Below, in pieces: positions 32,561 through 35,560 of a stretch of DNA of 35,560 nucleotides; within the stretch, counting starts at the first letter, position 1; every line of letters begins with the position of its first letter. Where the stretch lies: positions 1 through 35,560 of the forward strand of contig JAGLJW010000013.1 of assembly GCA_023142215.1 (NCBI GenBank), written 5' to 3'. The position numbers were made by a program, and so were the translations under genes. This DNA comes from Candidatus Parcubacteria bacterium (GTDB lineage: Bacteria; Patescibacteriota; Patescibacteriia; Patescibacteriales; UBA12075). The notes under the pieces were generated by a model. That model was not told where the DNA came from. It searched no databases and saw only the letters and a program-made list of their open reading frames with translations.

Positions 32561-32606
32561 AATTTTAAATTAATTATTAAAATAAACTAGAAAGGATGGT
32601 GTTGTT

Positions 32607-32843
32607 ATGGTAGAATTTAAAAGAAAACAGAGTGAAAATTTTGAAGGTTTTTTGCGAAGGTTTAATAGAACACTTATTAAAAGTAGAAAATTAGCACTTG
32701 TAAGAAGTAAGAAATTTTTAACCAAAAAGAAAAATAAATTAAAGCAAAAAGATCAGGCTTTAAAAACTATAGATTATAAAAAACGAGATGAATATTTGAT
32801 GAAAATCGGTAAGATTAAAGAAGACCCAAGAAGAAAATGGTAA
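32607..32843 (+). CDS. rpsU: 30S ribosomal protein bS21
   Basis: VEFKRKQSENFEGFLRRFNRTLIKSRKLALVRSKKF fits the bS21 pattern (V.V...E.F..ALRRF.R). Small basic protein with AAAGGA upstream. Confidence 0.7.
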   Translation: MVEFKRKQSENFEGFLRRFNRTLIKSRKLALVRSKKFLTKKKNKLKQKDQALKTIDYKKRDEYLMKIGKIKEDPRRKW

Positions 32844-32874
32844 ATTAATTTTGTAAAATTTAAAATAGTTTAAC

Positions 32875-32900
32875 AAAACAGACATTTTTGTCTGTTTTGT
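32875..32900 (+). terminator. Intrinsic terminator after rpsU
   Basis: AAAACAGACA / TGTCTGTTTT stem (10 bp) with a TTTT loop. The 3' arm runs into a T-tract. Confidence 0.65.
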
Positions 32901-32915
32901 GCTATAGTATAATTA

Positions 32916-32980
32916 GATTCGCCAGCTGGCGAATAGATTTAAGAATAAAGAATTAAGATTTGCCTCCGCCAGCTGGCGGA
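32916..32980 (+). repeat. Composite repeat with two CGCCAGCTGGCG palindromes and AGATTTAAGAAT words
   Basis: TTCGCCAGCTGGCGAA at 32918-32933, AGATTTAAGAAT at 32935-32946, TCCGCCAGCTGGCGGA at 32965-32980. Each half matches a spacer in the ribosomal cluster (23516 and 16521 respectively). Confidence 0.9.
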
Positions 32981-33060
32981 CGGCGAAAAGATTTAATAAT
33001 AAGATTTATATTGTTGTAATTTGTATTAGATTAATAATTTAGCAATATAATTGTATATTT

Positions 33061-33510
33061 ATGTTAATAAATCAAGTTATGGAGGATTTAAAAACTGCCA
33101 TGCGAGAAAAAAACAAGGAAGAATTAGGTTTACTTAGAATGCTTAGTGCGTCTTTTAAAAATAAAAAAATTGATTTAGGTAATAAAGATGAATTAACAGA
33201 AGAACAGGCCGAAGGAGTTGTTAAGAGTGAAGTTAAAAAAAGAAAAGACTCTATTAAAGCTTATGAAGAAGGCAATAGGGAAGATTTGGTTAAAATTGAG
33301 AAAGTAGAATTAGCTATTTTGGAAAAATATTTGCCAAAACAAATGAGTGATGAGGACTTAGAAGAAATTGTGAAAGATGTTATAAATAGCATGGGAAATG
33401 TGACTATGAAAGAATTTGGTAAGATTATGGGTCAAATTATGGGTAAAGTAAAAGGTTTGGCTGACGGCGATAGAGTAACTACAATGGTAAAAAAGATTTT
33501 GAATGGTTAA
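33061..33510 (+). CDS. GatB/YqeY domain-containing protein
   Basis: The DLKTAMREKNKEELGLLRMLSASFKNKKI...AILEKYLPKQMSDEDLEEIV pattern is typical of YqeY. Confidence 0.8.
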   Translation: MLINQVMEDLKTAMREKNKEELGLLRMLSASFKNKKIDLGNKDELTEEQAEGVVKSEVKKRKDSIKAYEEGNREDLVKIEKVELAILEKYLPKQMSDEDLEEIVKDVINSMGNVTMKEFGKIMGQIMGKVKGLADGDRVTTMVKKILNG

Positions 33511-33539
33511 TGTTCATAGGAATTTATGAATATTGATTA

Positions 33540-33568
33540 AAGATGTCCTATTTAGGGCATCTTTTTTA
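33540..33568 (+). terminator. Intrinsic terminator after the yqeY-like gene
   Basis: AAGATGTCC / GGGCATCTT (9 bp, one G-U) with loop TATTTA, followed by TTTTTTATTTT. Confidence 0.65.
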
Positions 33569-33571
33569 TTT

Positions 33572-33695
33572 TGTCATTTCGAATCCCCCTTGCGGGGTGA
33601 GAAATCTCTTTAATATTAATTATAATATTAAGTATGCTTTGTTTGTACTATTCATATTGAAGAGATTTCTCACCCTAAAGGGATTCGAAATGACA
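33572..33695. repeat. Long hairpin element, TGTCA-terminated family, copy C
   Basis: The outer 16-bp helix is TGTCATTTCGAATCCC (33572-33587) with GGGATTCGAAATGACA (33680-33695). The inner 16-bp helix is GGGTGAGAAATCTCTT (33595-33610) with AAGAGATTTCTCACCC (33660-33675). Each arm also has its own mini-hairpin (CCCCCTTGCGGGG, CCCTAAAGGG). Confidence 0.85.
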
Positions 33696-33768
33696 AATGT
33701 AAACTATTACTTTATTAATCAACTGGACAATTCAATCTACAATTGTATTATTATATATGATCCAAATT

Positions 33769-33777
33769 TTATCCACA
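33769..33777 (+). promoter_or_regulatory. Consensus DnaA box TTATCCACA
   Basis: Exact 9-mer. A one-mismatch inverted box TGTGGATTA lies at 33848-33856. Both are upstream of the nrdR promoter region. Confidence 0.35.
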
Positions 33778-33889
33778 GAAATATAGAATTAAATTTAAAA
33801 AAATTGATTATTTATTGAATTTTAACTTTTTATACTGTGCATTTCTTTGTGGATTAACTAAAATAAGCAGATTGTCAAGACCTTGTCTA

Positions 33890-33938
33890 ACGCTATATCT
33901 TGTGGTATAGTTAAATTAACTACCACAAGATATAGTGT
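33890..33938. promoter_or_regulatory. Pair of NrdR boxes overlapping a candidate promoter
   Basis: ACGCTATATCTTGTGG (33890-33905) and CCACAAGATATAGTGT (33923-33938) match the published 16-bp NrdR-box palindrome acaCwAtATaTwGtgt at 13 and 14 positions. Their centres are 33 bp apart. TTGTCA (33872-33877)-N16-TATATC (33894-33899) overlaps box 1. Confidence 0.7.
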
Positions 33939-33977
33939 TAGTTAGTTTAAAGAAAAAAGTAATATTTATTAACTTTA

Positions 33978-34439
33978 ATGAAATGTCCAATATGTTATCA
34001 TCAAGATACAAAAGTGGTTGATTCGCGAGTAGCGGTTGATGGTTTTTCCATCAGGAGAAGGCGAGAATGTTTAAAATGTGGGTTTCGTTTTTCAACTTAT
34101 GAAGAAATTGAAATTTTAGATTTAACTGTTATTAAAAATGATGGCAGAAAAGAAAGTTATCAAAAAGATAAATTAATTAGAGGTTTAAAGAAATCACTTG
34201 AAAAAAGAAATGTAGCAGATGATAAATTTAAAAAATTAATAAATCAAATTGAGAGAGATTTGCAAGCAACTAGGAAAAGTGAGATAAAATCTGGAAGAAT
34301 AGGGGAGATAATAATGAAACATTTAAAAAAGTTGGATAAAGTTGCCTATATTAGATATGCCAGTGTTTATAAGCTGTTTGATGATTTAGAATCGTTCCAA
34401 GATGAATTAAATAATTTAATTAAAAAAAGAAGGAAATAG
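33978..34439 (+). CDS. nrdR: Transcriptional repressor NrdR
   Basis: MKCPICYHQDTKVVDSR...RRRECLKCGFRFSTYE zinc ribbon followed by an ATP-cone. Confidence 0.95.
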   Translation: MKCPICYHQDTKVVDSRVAVDGFSIRRRRECLKCGFRFSTYEEIEILDLTVIKNDGRKESYQKDKLIRGLKKSLEKRNVADDKFKKLINQIERDLQATRKSEIKSGRIGEIIMKHLKKLDKVAYIRYASVYKLFDDLESFQDELNNLIKKRRK

Positions 34440-34454
34440 AATTTAATAAGAGAT

Positions 34455-35560
34455 ATGCCTACAATTACAAAGATTATTAAAAGATCAGGTGAAATTGCTG
34501 ATTTTGAACCAGAAAAAATTTCAAATGCTATTTACAAAACAACTATTGCAATCAATAGAAAGAACAAAGCTTTATCAGAAAAATTAACTGAAAAAGTTAT
34601 TGAAAAAATTAATGAAAAATTTCATGTTCGGAGTATCCCGGCTGTAGAAGAAGTACAGGACATTGTTGAACAAGTTATTATAAATGAAAATCATACTAAA
34701 ATTGCAAAAGCTTATATTATTTATAGAGATCAGCATAGACAACTTAGAAATATTCAGGATGATGGACAAAAATTAATGGAAGATTATTTGGCAAGATCTG
34801 ATTGGAGACTGAATGAAAATTCCAATATGAGTTTTTCGGTTCAAGGTTTAAATAATTATTTGGCTTCAAGTGTGTCTGCTAATTATTGGTTAAATAAATT
34901 ATATCCAGTTGAAATTAGAAATGCTCATGTGAATGGCGATTTTCATATTCATGATCTTGGGATGCTTGCTCCATACTGTTGTGGCTGGGATTTGAAAGAT
35001 TTATTAATGCGTGGTTTTGGCGGTGTTGGTGAGAAAATTCAATCTAAACCCGCAACACATTTTAGATCAGCTTTGGGCCAAATAGTAAATTTTTTATATA
35101 CATTGCAGGGCGAAGCAGCTGGAGCTCAAGCATTTGCAAATTTTGATACTTATTTATCTCCTTTTATTCGTTATGATAATTTAAGTTATAAAGAAGTTGC
35201 ACAAGCTTTGCAGGAGTTTATGTTTAATGTAAATGTACCAACTCGGGTTGGATTTCAAACACCATTTACAAATGTGACCATGGATGTTATACCAACTGGA
35301 GCTGTTGCAGAGGAGCATGTTATAATTGGTGGAGAAATAAAGTCAGAACAATACAAAGATTTTCAGAAAGAAATAGATATGTTTAATAAGGCTTTTGCGG
35401 AGGTGATGATTGAGGGTGATGCAACTGGGCGAGTGTTTTCTTTTCCAATTCCAACATATAATATAGATAAAAATTTTGATTGGGATAATGAAGCTTTAAA
35501 ACCAGTTTGGGAGATGACAGTAAAATATGGTATTCCTTATTTTTCAAATTTTATTAATTC
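34455..35560 (+). CDS. nrdD: Anaerobic (class III) ribonucleoside-triphosphate reductase, N-terminal part (3' end outside window)
   Basis: I translated this frame by hand from the ATG at 34455 to the window end and found no stop; it is absent from the ORF track because no stop is reached. It has an ATP-cone (ITKIIKRSGEIADFEPEKI), then GDFHIHDLGMLAPYCCGWDL, GRVFSFPIPTYNI and YGIPYFSNFIN. Confidence 0.88.
   Translation, partial: MPTITKIIKRSGEIADFEPEKISNAIYKTTIAINRKNKALSEKLTEKVIEKINEKFHVRSIPAVEEVQDIVEQVIINENHTKIAKAYIIYRDQHRQLRNIQDDGQKLMEDYLARSDWRLNENSNMSFSVQGLNNYLASSVSANYWLNKLYPVEIRNAHVNGDFHIHDLGMLAPYCCGWDLKDLLMRGFGGVGEKIQSKPATHFRSALGQIVNFLYTLQGEAAGAQAFANFDTYLSPFIRYDNLSYKEVAQALQEFMFNVNVPTRVGFQTPFTNVTMDVIPTGAVAEEHVIIGGEIKSEQYKDFQKEIDMFNKAFAEVMIEGDATGRVFSFPIPTYNIDKNFDWDNEALKPVWEMTVKYGIPYFSNFIN

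Noticed and set aside
33543-33818. 91-aa plus-strand ORF
   Set aside because: It starts inside the yqeY terminator and reads through hairpin element C and AT-rich promoter DNA. It has no homology features and is likely spurious.
33700-33977. Chromosomal replication origin (oriC)
   Set aside because: There is only one exact and one near DnaA box, with no cluster of boxes, no AT-rich 13-mer-like repeats that I could define, and no dnaA/dnaN nearby. The boxes are more simply explained as regulation of the nrd promoter.
1-35560. Alternative genetic code (UGA recoding, as in some candidate phyla)
   Set aside because: lepB ends at a TGA at the expected protein length. All conserved genes are full length under the standard code, with no in-frame TGA interruptions needed.

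Overview
AT-rich (roughly 30% GC by eye), gene-dense bacterial chromosome segment. It uses the standard code: TGA ends lepB and all long ORFs are intact. Gene order, left to right: a partial UbiB-like gene, a GT2 glycosyltransferase, a patatin-like lipase, then an RND efflux operon (long adaptor, small Cys-rich membrane protein, AcrB-type pump). Next come a methyltransferase fused to a QW-repeat (terpene-cyclase/prenyltransferase-like) domain (minus strand), a short SMC, an HExxH protein, a small membrane ORF and a Fic-HTH protein. A 19-gene ribosomal-protein cluster follows (rplC to secY, with no rpsJ in front and no rpmD). The window ends with pth, der and an LCP gene (minus strand), then lepB, hisS, rpsU, a yqeY-like gene, nrdR and a partial class III nrdD. 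No rRNA, tRNA, CRISPR array or transposase was found. Missing L30, Lys-rich ribosomal-protein extensions, the anaerobic RNR and the low GC suggest a small-genome CPR/Patescibacteria-like organism; this is inference only. The most unusual content is non-coding. The ribosomal cluster is split by 45-161 nt spacers built from short word repeats (GCGAAT, AACAATTAA, ACATAAC, AGATTTAAGAAT, AAGCTAA) and GC-rich palindromes (CGCCAGCTGGCG, CCCCGCTGGGG). These fold into long hairpins, several with G-U pairs that work only in the sense RNA. One word family reads into the rplC 3' end, and another sits in frame inside der. There are also three long TGTCAT...ATGACA hairpin elements with arm-to-arm compensatory changes, a 51-bp periodic operator-like array in front of the Fic-HTH gene, and almost no Shine-Dalgarno sequences.
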